The notes below the pieces were generated by a model that saw only the letters and a list, made by a program, of their open reading frames with translations, did no database searches and had not been told where the DNA came from. From IMG/VR virus record IMGVR_UViG_3300010218_000018, positions 1-43,240 of that record: DNA of 43,240 nt. One strand, 5' to 3'. Shown here piece after piece: positions 17,004 to 26,184 of the stretch (its first letter is position 1; each line of letters starts with the position of its first letter). The DNA comes from a virus (taxonomy: Duplodnaviria; Caudoviricetes). The position numbers and the translations under genes are program-made.

Positions 17004-17453
17004 TTAGGGGACCAGGTCTTCGAAGACGCCGGTGCCAGTGATTTCCAGCGTGACGCTCGCGTTCACGATGTTGTCGACCGACCCGATATTGGTCTTGAAG
17101 CTCATCACCTGAGCCGGGAAGAAATACTTGTCGCCCGACTGCAGCGTGATGCAGAAGTAATAGTCGTTGTCCGACTGCGACGCGGTCTTGAGAAGGATCT
17201 GGCCGGCGTCCTTGTTATCAAGGCCGAGGCCGAGCGAAATCGCGCCTTCGTCGTACGAGCCCTTGCGCTTCTGCGTCGCGCGGCTGGCGAGCGGCTTGTG
17301 CTCAACCTTCGCATATTCGCGGCCGAAGTCGCCCAGGTCGGTGATCTCACCGATGCTCGTGAAGGTCGCGGCTTCCCAGCCGGTCTTGTTGAAGGTGGTG
17401 GGCGCGGTGGCCGAAATGCCGATCGTCGCCCCGGCAGCGGTCCTGACGGTCAT
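17004..17453 (-). CDS. Major tail tube protein
   Basis: IGEITDLGDFG, KRKGSYDEG, DAGQ, YF..QVMSF motifs; position in the tail module. Confidence 0.85.
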   Translation of the reverse strand: MTVRTAAGATIGISATAPTTFNKTGWEAATFTSIGEITDLGDFGREYAKVEHKPLASRATQKRKGSYDEGAISLGLGLDNKDAGQILLKTASQSDNDYYFCITLQSGDKYFFPAQVMSFKTNIGSVDNIVNASVTLEITGTGVFEDLVP

Positions 17454-17470
17454 GGTGTGTTCCTCACATG

Positions 17471-17492
17471 AAAAAGCCCGCCGAAGCGGGCT
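17471..17492 (-). terminator. Intrinsic terminator with UUCG loop
   Basis: AGCCCGC-TTCG-GCGGGCT-TTTT. Confidence 0.65.
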
Positions 17493-17522
17493 GGGCTTGC
17501 ATCGCGGGGCGGTGCAATTCGG

Positions 17523-17927
17523 TTAGGCGAGCTCGTTGTACGAGACGCTAAAGTCTTGGGCCTGCATCCAGATCGCGGAGTCGTCCGAGAGAAAGTCAGG
17601 GCCTGTGCCGTCGGTAAGGACCACGACGTCGGTTTCGCCCGCGAAGTCGCCACGCTTGTCCGCACAGGCGCGGCGCACCAACTGGATCAATGTGCGCCTT
17701 TGCCGGTAATTCGATGCGAGGACGGTGACCTGCACCCTCTCTGCGACGCGGCGCGTTTCGCCCTGAGAAAGGATATTGCGATCCACTCCGCTGATCTGGG
17801 TCACGGCAATAGCGGGGATCTGGACGTTCTCGGACAAGGCTCCAGCCTTGATACGGCCAGGCGGGACGACCGCGAGCAGGTTGGCGTCGGCGCGGAGCAA
17901 TTCGCCGATGACATAGACCCCGCTCAT
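17523..17927 (-). CDS. Tail terminator/completion protein (DUF3168/gp17-like)
   Basis: RI..G.L....PAI...ISG, RVQV; position before the tube gene. Confidence 0.8.
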   Translation of the reverse strand: MSGVYVIGELLRADANLLAVVPPGRIKAGALSENVQIPAIAVTQISGVDRNILSQGETRRVAERVQVTVLASNYRQRRTLIQLVRRACADKRGDFAGETDVVVLTDGTGPDFLSDDSAIWMQAQDFSVSYNELA

Positions 17928-18484
17928 TCGTCGTCGTCCTCCAGAGAGAGGGAAAAATCAGGCGTCTCCAGGCCTTGCTTCGTCAGCCTAGCCTTCACGT
18001 ACTCACCGATGGCGGCAACTGCTGCGCCGGCGGTCATGTCCAGCGCCGGGCGCATGAACGGATGTTCCTTCGCGCCCGGATGATGAACCGATGCGCCGAC
18101 GAAGTGGCCGTTGATGATCAGCGCGCGCTTGTCGTGATCCTTACCAGCGGTCAGGCGCGCAGCGCGGTTCAGCGTCCGGACGCTCACCTTCGCGCCCTCG
18201 GCTTTGATCCAGTGGGCGCCCGTACCGTATTCGATCCATGGGGCTTTGAACGAGCCAGGGCCTTTCACCTGCACCTTGCTGGTGATCACCATGCCTCGCG
18301 CGTTCGCCGAAACCTTGATGTCCTTCCGGGTGATGCCAGTCTTAACTGGCACCAGCTCCTTGGCCTTGTTCGCGGTCACCCGGGCTCCGGCGCGCATCGC
18401 GCCGCGCATCACGTTGCGCTGCAGCTTGTCGGGCAGGGTGGACAGGAACTGCATCAGCTCCGGTCCGCCCTTGATCTGGGTCAC
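17924..18484 (-). CDS. HK97 gp10-like neck/tail component
   Basis: PVKTG, WIEYGT, HPFMRPALD. Confidence 0.88.
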   Translation of the reverse strand: MTQIKGGPELMQFLSTLPDKLQRNVMRGAMRAGARVTANKAKELVPVKTGITRKDIKVSANARGMVITSKVQVKGPGSFKAPWIEYGTGAHWIKAEGAKVSVRTLNRAARLTAGKDHDKRALIINGHFVGASVHHPGAKEHPFMRPALDMTAGAAVAAIGEYVKARLTKQGLETPDFSLSLEDDDE

Positions 18485-18663
18485 TTCCCTGCGTCGCCCT
18501 TCGCGGCCGCGATCTCCTTGTCGGTTGCCTCGCGGACCAGGCCGACTCCCTTGAGGTCGTTGAACTGGCTCGTGGGGAGCGGGATCACGCTACCCTTTTC
18601 CACTTCGACCGGGTCGGAGCCCTGATTATTGTGAGTGCGAAGAACGTAGGCTTGGACTTTCAT
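18481..18663 (-). CDS. Small head/neck-region protein
   Basis: SD GAGGAG; GTGA overlap with the next gene. Confidence 0.7.
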   Translation of the reverse strand: MKVQAYVLRTHNNQGSDPVEVEKGSVIPLPTSQFNDLKGVGLVREATDKEIAAAKGDAGK

Positions 18664-18673
18664 ATCGAACTCC

Positions 18674-19024
18674 TCAGGCTGCGTTGCCGGACGAACTGTA
18701 ATCCTGAGCGGTCATCTGCAGGGCCTCGCGCCGGCCGATTTCGGCTGGGCCTGAGATGATCTGCATCACGCGATCGCCGTAGATGATCCGCATGTCGGCG
18801 GTGATGCCGTCACGGTGGCGGATCAGGATCGTGGCTGGCCGGCTGGCGATATTGACGACCTCCGCCATCCGCTCCGCGCGGGCGATCGTCATATCCTTCA
18901 CGTTCGCGCGGACCGTGGCGACATCTTCCCATGTGCCGCTTCCGGACCCGTCGAAGCTCGTGTCCGCGACCGGGCGCTGAATGGTGATCGTGCGATCGAG
19001 CGGGGTGACCGAGAAGATCCCCAT
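18674..19024 (-). CDS. Head closure protein / head-tail adaptor (SPP1 gp16-like)
   Basis: LDRTITIQRP, W..VATV.A, IRHR.GIT.DMRI. Confidence 0.88.
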   Translation of the reverse strand: MGIFSVTPLDRTITIQRPVADTSFDGSGSGTWEDVATVRANVKDMTIARAERMAEVVNIASRPATILIRHRDGITADMRIIYGDRVMQIISGPAEIGRREALQMTAQDYSSSGNAA

Positions 19025-19683
19025 CAGCAGGTCCGATCGCGGTAGGGGTCGAGTAGGATAGCCGCGCCCATCGGCACCTCAACTGCGCCGACGCCGGAGC
19101 CGCCGACCGCGACGGCCGAGCGATTATCGTACCAATGGCGGATCATGAGCAGCATCGCCTGTTTGATCGCCTGCGGCACTGCCTCGGGGCTTTCGTAGCC
19201 CGCCTGCATCGTGATCGTGACCGCGGCTGGCATTCTCGCCGTGACGGGCCACCGCGATCCGAAGGCAGAAGTCAGACGGACCGGCCGGCGGGTGATCGGC
19301 GCGGCAAAGGCGCTCACGTCGAGCGACTGCAGCGCACCGTTGCCGTCCAGATATTGGATGCTGGTGATCGACCGAACCGGCCAGGCGTAGAGGTCGAGCC
19401 AGCAGGTGAAGGCGTCGCGGGTCTCGACCACTTCACGCGCGGTCAGGACGTGCCCGGTGTAATTCTCCGCCCACTGGCGCGCCGCAATGATCAGCCCGCC
19501 GATCATGGGATCGTCGGTTGTGTCGCTGTCGGTCAGCCCGAGCTGCGCCTTCGCTTCCTCGACGGAAAGGGGTTCGGCTGCGGGGCCCGTGGTGAGCAGA
19601 TACGCGGCATAGGCTGCGACGACGTCGGCATCGCTGACGCTCTCGTCGAGCCCGAGGATGGCGCGCATCTGGTCGATGGTCAT
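19024..19683 (-). CDS. Head-tail connector (HK97 gp6-like) with N-terminal extension
   Basis: EPLSVEEAKAQL, AAR..AE.YT, AGY...VP.AIKQA.LL.I.HWY.NR. Confidence 0.88.
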   Translation of the reverse strand: MTIDQMRAILGLDESVSDADVVAAYAAYLLTTGPAAEPLSVEEAKAQLGLTDSDTTDDPMIGGLIIAARQWAENYTGHVLTAREVVETRDAFTCWLDLYAWPVRSITSIQYLDGNGALQSLDVSAFAAPITRRPVRLTSAFGSRWPVTARMPAAVTITMQAGYESPEAVPQAIKQAMLLMIRHWYDNRSAVAVGGSGVGAVEVPMGAAILLDPYRDRTC

Positions 19684-19901
19684 CCGAGCACCTGCGCAGT
19701 GTAGGAGCGGCCGTTGGCGTCCAATTGAAGGCCGGTGATCACCACGGGCTTGCCGTCGAGCTCCGCGGGATAAGCCGCCAGAGGGTATGCGATCGGCGCA
19801 AGCGGCGTGAACGCAACCTCGCCCCGATGGACACCGCAAGGTCCGGCAAATGGAATGCCCGGAACGACCAGCGTCAGGGGCTTTCCGTTGTTGATGATCA
19901 T
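19680..19901 (-). CDS. Hypothetical virion-region protein (73 aa)
   Basis: ATGA overlaps on both sides. Confidence 0.65.
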   Translation of the reverse strand: MIINNGKPLTLVVPGIPFAGPCGVHRGEVAFTPLAPIAYPLAAYPAELDGKPVVITGLQLDANGRSYTAQVLG

Positions 19902-20407
19902 TGCTGCAGCACCGTGAGCGCCCAGGTGCGCTCCAGTTCGCGCCATGGCGTGGAATCCGTTCGGATCAGCATGGACACCCCGACCTTCGTCCCGGGCGAA
20001 GAAAAGGCGGCGTTTGCCTTGAAGGCGTCGGCAACCTTGAACCAGAGGCCGATCTTCTGCCCGCCGGTATCGATCGTTGGGACGCGCGCCGGATCCGTAG
20101 AGCCATCATCGACCTGCACGCCGAGGGACTGGCCCATCGCCGTCATGGTGATGCTCTCGATGCTCGCGATCTTTTCCGTCCCGAGCAGGCTGCTCCAGTC
20201 AGCCGCGAAATAGTCGGTGTCCGCGGGGTCGAGCGGCGGCGTCCAAACGAATGCGGATGGCGGAACGCCGACACCGGTGCCGCTGGATGCCGTGTTCGCC
20301 TTCGCCGATGCGGTGTGGCCGGCGGGTGCGTTCACATCGCCAGTTCCCGGTTCGATAACCGACCCGGAGGTCGAGATGATGCCGAAGGCGATCAGGTGGA
20401 GCAGCAT
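19898..20407 (-). CDS. Fibre-adaptor-like (Gp77-type) virion protein
   Basis: C-terminal domain LDP.D.DYF..DW..LL....I.S...TDS...ERT..L.V. Confidence 0.55.
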   Translation of the reverse strand: MLLHLIAFGIISTSGSVIEPGTGDVNAPAGHTASAKANTASSGTGVGVPPSAFVWTPPLDPADTDYFAADWSSLLGTEKIASIESITMTAMGQSLGVQVDDGSTDPARVPTIDTGGQKIGLWFKVADAFKANAAFSSPGTKVGVSMLIRTDSTPWRELERTWALTVLQQ

Positions 20408-20408
20408 C

Positions 20409-21047
20409 TTAGTTGCCCAGCCACACGATGTTGGTGGCGGTGGTCGCCGCCTTGATTTTGGTTGCCTTGATCGGCAGCAGCGTACCGGCCGCGACGCTGG
20501 TGAAGGTCACGTCCGTGCCGCCGATCGTCGCCACCACGTTGCCCGCTCCGCCGACCCAAATGGCCTTCGCGGTCAGCGTGGTCGTGTCGCTCGGGGTGAC
20601 CGGTCCAGCGGAGGCCGCAGGCGCCGCGTCCGCCGCGGTGCTGTTCAAGGTGGCCTGGTTGGCCGCCGTCGCTGCGCCGGTCGGCAGCGGCAGAGAGGCC
20701 GCGCTGATCGCGAGCGTGCCGGTCAGAGCGGTCAGGATCGACGCTAGGGACGTGTTCCCGGTCGTCTGCAGCGCGCTGGTCGCGGCGCCTGTCGGCAGCG
20801 AGACGGTGCCGGTGATGTTGGTGATGTTCCACGCGCCGCTCTGGGCTGCCGACATCGACCAAGTGCCGCTCTGGGTCACCGCGATCGAGGTGCCGACGTC
20901 GACGGGAAAGCGGCTGGACGAGCTCACATCGGCAGCCGATCCATCGACGCCGAACGAGACCTTCACGCGGGGATACTGAACGCCGGCGACATCATCGGTC
21001 GCCAGAACGGCGCCGGAGGCAACCGGCGTGGTCAAATTATCGGACAT
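20409..21047 (-). CDS. Head-spike base protein (RcGTA Rcc01079/GhsA-like C-terminal domain) with N-terminal beta-repeat extension
   Basis: PA..A..VTPSD...L..KAIWVGGAG.V.....DVTF..V.AG.LLPI....I.A.TTA..IV pattern; located after the capsid gene. Confidence 0.75.
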   Translation of the reverse strand: MSDNLTTPVASGAVLATDDVAGVQYPRVKVSFGVDGSAADVSSSSRFPVDVGTSIAVTQSGTWSMSAAQSGAWNITNITGTVSLPTGAATSALQTTGNTSLASILTALTGTLAISAASLPLPTGAATAANQATLNSTAADAAPAASAGPVTPSDTTTLTAKAIWVGGAGNVVATIGGTDVTFTSVAAGTLLPIKATKIKAATTATNIVWLGN

Positions 21048-21063
21048 CGGCTGCTCCGGAATG

Positions 21064-21089
21064 AAAAGGGCCGCCGGTTAGGGCGGCCC
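21064..21089 (-). terminator. Intrinsic terminator
   Basis: GGGCCGCC-CTAACC-GGCGGCCC-TTTT. Confidence 0.6.
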
Positions 21090-21120
21090 AGGCGGGGGAT
21101 GCTCCGCGGGGGGAGGGGGT

Positions 21121-21384
21121 TCAGGCTTTGGTGCGGCGGCTCGATTTGTTGGCGGGCGCCGGCTCCATCTTGTTCTCGACGGGCGGATCCGCCTTGATCT
21201 CGGGCTCCGGAGCCGGCTCTGCGGCGGGCTCGGGCGCGTCACCGATGCGCGTGGCGAGACCGCGCTCTTCCAGATCGGCGGCGGTGTGCTTGCTCACCAC
21301 AAATTCCTCATCGGCGAGGATGCTGTGCGGACCGACCTCGCTGATGTGCAGCGTGTCGACGGCCTTCATCGTGACGTTGGTCAT
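21121..21384 (-). CDS. Small post-capsid protein (FI-like position)
   Basis: SD AAGGAG; L.ERGLA..I and ENKM.PAPANK tail. Confidence 0.75.
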   Translation of the reverse strand: MTNVTMKAVDTLHISEVGPHSILADEEFVVSKHTAADLEERGLATRIGDAPEPAAEPAPEPEIKADPPVENKMEPAPANKSSRRTKA

Positions 21385-21426
21385 GGGGTTGCTCCTTTCT
21401 GGACCGCCGATCCCGCGGAGGTCGAG

Positions 21427-21454
21427 AAAAGAGAGGCGGCCGAAGCCGCCTCTC
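21427..21454 (-). terminator. Intrinsic terminator after the capsid gene
   Basis: GAGAGGCGGC-TTCG-GCCGCCTCTC-TTTT. Confidence 0.8.
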
Positions 21455-21477
21455 CCCCTGTTGAGCTGGGCGACTTA

Positions 21478-22701
21478 TCAGCTCGCGAGGTCGGTGATCG
21501 CCGCCGCGTAAGTGCCCTTGATGAAGGCCTCCGGGCGGTAGACGGCCAGCGCGAGACGCTCCTCGCAGAGGATGGTCACGAGGTTCTTGCGGAAGTTGTC
21601 GCTGTCCTCGGTGCTGATCTCGACGCGCGCATCCATGCGGTCGAAGATCTGCGCGCCCATCTTGAACGCACCGGTGAGGAAGCTGCCCGCGGCCATCGCC
21701 TGCGTGGCGACGACCGGGAGGCCCCACAGCGTCGGGGCGATGCCGCCCTGCGGATTGCCGATGATGTAGCGGCCGTTCGAGTCCTTGGTGGTCTCGATGT
21801 TCGCCCAGTCGATCGGGTTAAGCACGTGGCCCGTCGGCGGCAGCTCCGCGAGCACCGCCTGCAGCATCGCATAGCGGAGCACGTCGAGCTTCGTCGCGGA
21901 AGCGAGGATCGCCGAGCCGGCCGCGAAGGCGGTCGCCTGCGTGTAGACGCCGTTCAGGTTCGTGCCGGTGCCCGATCCATTGAGCAGCTGGCCTTCCTCG
22001 ACATATGCCAGGCCGTAGCGCAGGCGGCCGTCGACATAGCTCTGGAGCATCGGCACGTCGTCCAAGATCTGGCGGGTAGCGAGCAGCCAGTGTGCGATCG
22101 TGGTCACGCTGGTCGTGCGAATGTCGAACTGGATGTCCGACTGCGGCTTCGTCGAGCCTGCGGTTTCCGAGACGGTTGCCGCGGCGTTCGTGAAGCCGGT
22201 CTCGACCGGGTACTGGATCGCGTTGGAGCCCGTGCGGCCCGGGGTGAGCAGATCGCGAACCGTCATGCGGCGCGTGACCGGGTCGACCATCGGCTTGCGG
22301 TCGGGAACGATCAGGTCACCGGCCGAACCGTCCGCGACGGTGGTCAGCGACGAGATGATCGCCTTGACCTCGACGCCCACGCGCTTGCCGGCGGTGGGAT
22401 TGTCCATGAACGCCTTGACGGCATCGTCGTCGGTCAGCGTCTCACCCGCCGACTTCACGCGGCGATCGTCGCCGTTGCCGCGGCGGTCGAGCTTCTGCTC
22501 GATGTCGTCCAGGCGGGCCTTCGCTTCGTTCGCCAGGGTGATGGCCTCGTCGGCCTTCTCCTTGGCGCCGGTGGCAAGCGGCTCGCCCTTTTCGGCCTTG
22601 CCGATCGCGTCCGTTGCAATCGCCTTCAGCTCGTCGAAGCGCTTGTCGAAGTCAGCCTTGATTTCGCCGGCAAGCTGCTCGGCGGATTTCTGTTCCGTCA
22701 T
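21478..22701 (-). CDS. Major capsid protein, HK97 family
   Basis: Delta-domain coiled coil; TIAHW..TRQILDD, LLNGSG, LWGLPVV, F.KN.VTI..EERL. Confidence 0.95.
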   Translation of the reverse strand: MTEQKSAEQLAGEIKADFDKRFDELKAIATDAIGKAEKGEPLATGAKEKADEAITLANEAKARLDDIEQKLDRRGNGDDRRVKSAGETLTDDDAVKAFMDNPTAGKRVGVEVKAIISSLTTVADGSAGDLIVPDRKPMVDPVTRRMTVRDLLTPGRTGSNAIQYPVETGFTNAAATVSETAGSTKPQSDIQFDIRTTSVTTIAHWLLATRQILDDVPMLQSYVDGRLRYGLAYVEEGQLLNGSGTGTNLNGVYTQATAFAAGSAILASATKLDVLRYAMLQAVLAELPPTGHVLNPIDWANIETTKDSNGRYIIGNPQGGIAPTLWGLPVVATQAMAAGSFLTGAFKMGAQIFDRMDARVEISTEDSDNFRKNLVTILCEERLALAVYRPEAFIKGTYAAAITDLAS

Positions 22702-22734
22702 GTTAGGTTGTGCCCTTTCGGCAGAGAGGAAAGA

Positions 22735-23394
22735 TTAGCCGCGCAGGCTCTTCAGGAACCGCATGGCGTCGTCGTTCGCCTGAGCCTCGGGCTCCCCCCG
22801 AAGATGCGGCGTTGCCTTGCCCGCGATCGCGGCGGCCAAGGACTTCGAAAAGCCGCCTGCATCCCGCAGGAACTCTTCGAATTCACGGACGGTCGGCAGT
22901 TGGCCGGCCGCTACGATGTGCTTCACGGCCTCGACGCGCGCCTTTTCGTTCGCGGCGAAGGTGACGATGCTGACCTCTTTCAGGTCCAGCTTCTTGAGAG
23001 AGAGGATGCCCTGCTTGTCGGGGTGGGGCGCCGCCTCGATAACGCGGTACCCGATGGATAGGCCATCGAGCGCGCCAGCCTTGAGCAGACCGTAGGCCTC
23101 TGCCGCCTTCGGGCTTGCATCCTTGAGGAGCCGGCCCTTCACGTAGAGGCCCTTGCTATCCTCGGCGAGGTCGTCCCAGACGCCGATCGGCTGGTCGGGA
23201 TCATGCTGCCACAGCAGCTTCACGGTGCGACCCTTGCGGCGGCCATCGACGAGCGATGCGGTGAACGCGCCCGGCTCGACGACCTCCCCGTAGGAGTCGA
23301 CGTTGCCGAAGATCGAGCCATAGCCCTCGAAGGTGCCGTCATCGGCAAGCGCCTTCACGTCGAGCGGAAGCTCGCTGTTCTTGGTCAGCAGCAT
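22735..23394 (-). CDS. HK97-family prohead protease
   Basis: FEGYGSIFG.VDS, LWQHD, GLSIGY, EVSIVTF.AN. Confidence 0.95.
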   Translation of the reverse strand: MLLTKNSELPLDVKALADDGTFEGYGSIFGNVDSYGEVVEPGAFTASLVDGRRKGRTVKLLWQHDPDQPIGVWDDLAEDSKGLYVKGRLLKDASPKAAEAYGLLKAGALDGLSIGYRVIEAAPHPDKQGILSLKKLDLKEVSIVTFAANEKARVEAVKHIVAAGQLPTVREFEEFLRDAGGFSKSLAAAIAGKATPHLRGEPEAQANDDAMRFLKSLRG

Positions 23395-23404
23395 GGGGAA
23401 ATCC

Positions 23405-24673
23405 TCAGGTGTTCGGCGCGTTGGGCGCGGGCGCCTGCGTGATCAGGTCGATAGGCTCATCCCATCCGGGGATAGGAGGCAGGTTCTCCAGGCGGCGCAC
23501 CTCATTGCGCAGCATCCAGCCCGGCTTCTGGGTGTCCCCGAGGGCCGCAGTGTAGAATTCGGAGCGGCTCTTGCTGTCGCCGCGGAGAAGCCCTTCGATG
23601 TTGAACTCGATCGAGATGCCAGCGACCCGGTCGGCAGCAGTCAGCAGCTGCTTCTCCAGCGCCTGCTCTATCCGCTTGAGGCGGCGACGAAGCGTGAACT
23701 TCTGGAATCCGAGCGTCTGCTGCTCCAATCCGGTGCCCCAGCTCGTGCTGGTCTCAGTGTGCCCGATCATATGGGGCGGCACACCGAAGATCCGGCAGAT
23801 TTCCTCGACCGAAAAGCGGCGGCTCTCCAGCATCTGAGCATCCTTGGGGTCGATGCTGAGCTGTTCCCACTCCATGCCGTTGTCGAGCAGCATGGGCCGG
23901 CCGAAATTCATCGCGCCGACAAACCGCTCCTGCAGCGCGCTCTCCAACTGGTCCCGTTGGTCCCGGGTGAGCTTGTCCGCGACTTTCAGCGACCCTGTCG
24001 ACCGCACGCCGTTGCGAAATAGTCCGCTCGCGGCGCGGTCTGTTGCCATTGCCGCGCCAAAGGACCCACGGCAGACCGACAGCGTCGAGGCGCCGCCTAG
24101 GGCGCCACCGCCGAAGCCGCGGATATGAACCATGTCCTCTTGGCCCAAATCCCAGATTCGGCCATCCTCGCTCCACGAATAGCCGATCGAACCATTCTGT
24201 CGGCGCTTGACCGCGACGATGTCGGGGCGGACCGGCACCAGGGACGTGACGCGGGAGCCGGTATATTCCTTCCGGGCGTAAGCGTTGCCCTGCAGCTCGA
24301 CGGCGCCTGCGATGAATTCGAGGAAGTCGACGGCTGTCTGGTCGTAATTCGGGCTGTCGTGAAGGAGGCGGTAGGCCCAGTGGTCCTTCGCCACATCCCG
24401 ACGGTCGCCGGTTTGCCGATAGACCATGAGTGGGAGGCTCGCGATCGTGCCGGCCAGCAGGTTGACGCATGCCCAGACGGCTGCGAGGCCCATCACATTT
24501 CCCGCCGACCCGTCCTCGTAATCGGCCAGCGTGACCATGTTGGTTCGAAAGTTGTCGCCATCCTGTCGGCTGACGAGCGGCATGGGCACGCTCGTCTCGA
24601 TCGCCTTCTGGCGCGAGATTTCCATGCGGCGCGCGGTCTCCGCGGCTCGTGCGGACAGCTTGTAGCCGTTCAC
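23405..24673 (-). CDS. Portal protein, HK97 family
   Basis: AVWACV..LA..IASLPL, GNAY, EICRIFGVPP; GTGA overlap with the terL stop. Confidence 0.95.
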   Translation of the reverse strand: MNGYKLSARAAETARRMEISRQKAIETSVPMPLVSRQDGDNFRTNMVTLADYEDGSAGNVMGLAAVWACVNLLAGTIASLPLMVYRQTGDRRDVAKDHWAYRLLHDSPNYDQTAVDFLEFIAGAVELQGNAYARKEYTGSRVTSLVPVRPDIVAVKRRQNGSIGYSWSEDGRIWDLGQEDMVHIRGFGGGALGGASTLSVCRGSFGAAMATDRAASGLFRNGVRSTGSLKVADKLTRDQRDQLESALQERFVGAMNFGRPMLLDNGMEWEQLSIDPKDAQMLESRRFSVEEICRIFGVPPHMIGHTETSTSWGTGLEQQTLGFQKFTLRRRLKRIEQALEKQLLTAADRVAGISIEFNIEGLLRGDSKSRSEFYTAALGDTQKPGWMLRNEVRRLENLPPIPGWDEPIDLITQAPAPNAPNT

Positions 24674-26184
24674 GAGTAGCTCGCGATCCAGTCGTCGACC
24701 GACACTTCGGGAGCGTCGAGAGGAGCAACCCCGAAGGCCATCGTGAGACTGACCATACCGTCGATCCTTCCAGCTGCCTTGGCCTTGTCGAGCTTCCGGT
24801 TCCCGGCAGGATCGGGCGTCACTACGGCATTCGCCGCGCACATCGTCAGGACCGGGTGGTCTGCATGCCGAAGCTTAGTGTTCAGCAGTGCCCCTTCGAG
24901 GTCGCGCATCGCCGGGCTCATGCTCGCGAAGCCCTGACCAAACTCGGCGAACAGGTCGTCTAGCTGCGCCTCGGTGAAGCCAGCCTTGAGCAGCCATGGG
25001 CGGAGATACTTGAAGCCCCACCTGTCGAAGGCGATCTTTGCGACGTTGTGCGTGGTGCAGAAGCGCCAGAGCCAAGCGGCAACGAATTCATACTCGACCG
25101 AGCGGCCTGGCGTCGTTTCCAGAAAACCCTGCTTCGCCCAGACGTCATAGGGCACCCGGTCCGCGCGCGCCTTCTCCGCAAGCCCGGTCTCCGGGAGCCA
25201 GAAGGTAGGCTTTACCTCCCATGCGTCGTCGATCCAGGCGATCGGGACGAAAGCCGTGAGGTCGGACGTGCTCGACAAATCGAGCCCCGCATATATCGGC
25301 GCCGATCCCCAGTCGTCCGAGATGGGGCCGCCGTTCGCCTGCCATATCCCCTTGCTGATGAACGGGTTCGTCCGGTCGACGCGCTGGTTTAGGATAAGGT
25401 TTCGGTATTCCGATTCCCGCGAGGGCATGCTCTTGGCATCTTCCGCCATGGCGAGCACCTCGGACGCCTGCTGGAAATCACCATAGGCGGGGTTCGCCTG
25501 CTTGATGGTTTCCTCGGCGAACGGGTCGAGCTCTGGGTCGGCGGTGAAGAGGGCCAGCTTTACCTTCGGGTCGCGCCCCTTCTTGGCGTCATCGATCAGA
25601 ACAGAGAGGAGGTCCGCGTCGGTCGGCGCCTGCGTCGAAATGACGATCGAGAGCGGCTCTTCCTGCGCTGCCGATGCGGTCTCCAGCGCCTCGTACAGTT
25701 CAGACCGCGGACCCTTTACCTGCCCTAGCTCGTCATGGACGGTGAAGACCGGCGAAAGGCCGTAGGCCGTGGAGGCGTCCGCCGACAGCGCGCGATACAG
25801 AGCGCCCAGTTCGGGGCAGAACAATTGCTTCGCGGTGTCGCGCGCCACCACGACGGCATTGAGGTCGGGCGACATCCGCACCGTCTTTGCCGCCAGCGCG
25901 AAGAGCACCGCAGCTTGGTCCCGCGACTGCGCCGCGCTGAATAGCTGCGAGTTCGGACGGGCTTCCGGCCCGCACAGGTGAAGGAGCAGCAGGAACGCCG
26001 CCAGTGCCGTCTTACCGTTCTTGCGGCCGAAGCTAATGATCGCGCGCCGCGTCGGCGTGCCGTAGATCCTTCGAATGACGTCCTTTTGCCACTCCCGAAG
26101 GCGGACGGGCTGGCCGACCAGCTTGCCCTCTGGGACGCGGCAATATTCCTCGATCCACCGGATATTCCGATCGCCTCGGTTCAC
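24670..26184 (-). CDS. terL: Terminase large subunit
   Basis: GRKNGKT Walker A, VHDELG Walker B, GLDLS..DLTA, RIDG nuclease motifs. Confidence 0.95.
   Translation of the reverse strand: MNRGDRNIRWIEEYCRVPEGKLVGQPVRLREWQKDVIRRIYGTPTRRAIISFGRKNGKTALAAFLLLLHLCGPEARPNSQLFSAAQSRDQAAVLFALAAKTVRMSPDLNAVVVARDTAKQLFCPELGALYRALSADASTAYGLSPVFTVHDELGQVKGPRSELYEALETASAAQEEPLSIVISTQAPTDADLLSVLIDDAKKGRDPKVKLALFTADPELDPFAEETIKQANPAYGDFQQASEVLAMAEDAKSMPSRESEYRNLILNQRVDRTNPFISKGIWQANGGPISDDWGSAPIYAGLDLSSTSDLTAFVPIAWIDDAWEVKPTFWLPETGLAEKARADRVPYDVWAKQGFLETTPGRSVEYEFVAAWLWRFCTTHNVAKIAFDRWGFKYLRPWLLKAGFTEAQLDDLFAEFGQGFASMSPAMRDLEGALLNTKLRHADHPVLTMCAANAVVTPDPAGNRKLDKAKAAGRIDGMVSLTMAFGVAPLDAPEVSVDDWIASYS

Noticed and set aside
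21286-23061. 591-aa plus-strand ORF (also 11879..13381, 7627..8709, 3287..4249)
   Set aside because: Antisense shadows of capsid, tape measure, spike and GH genes, typical of high-GC codon bias; no motifs.
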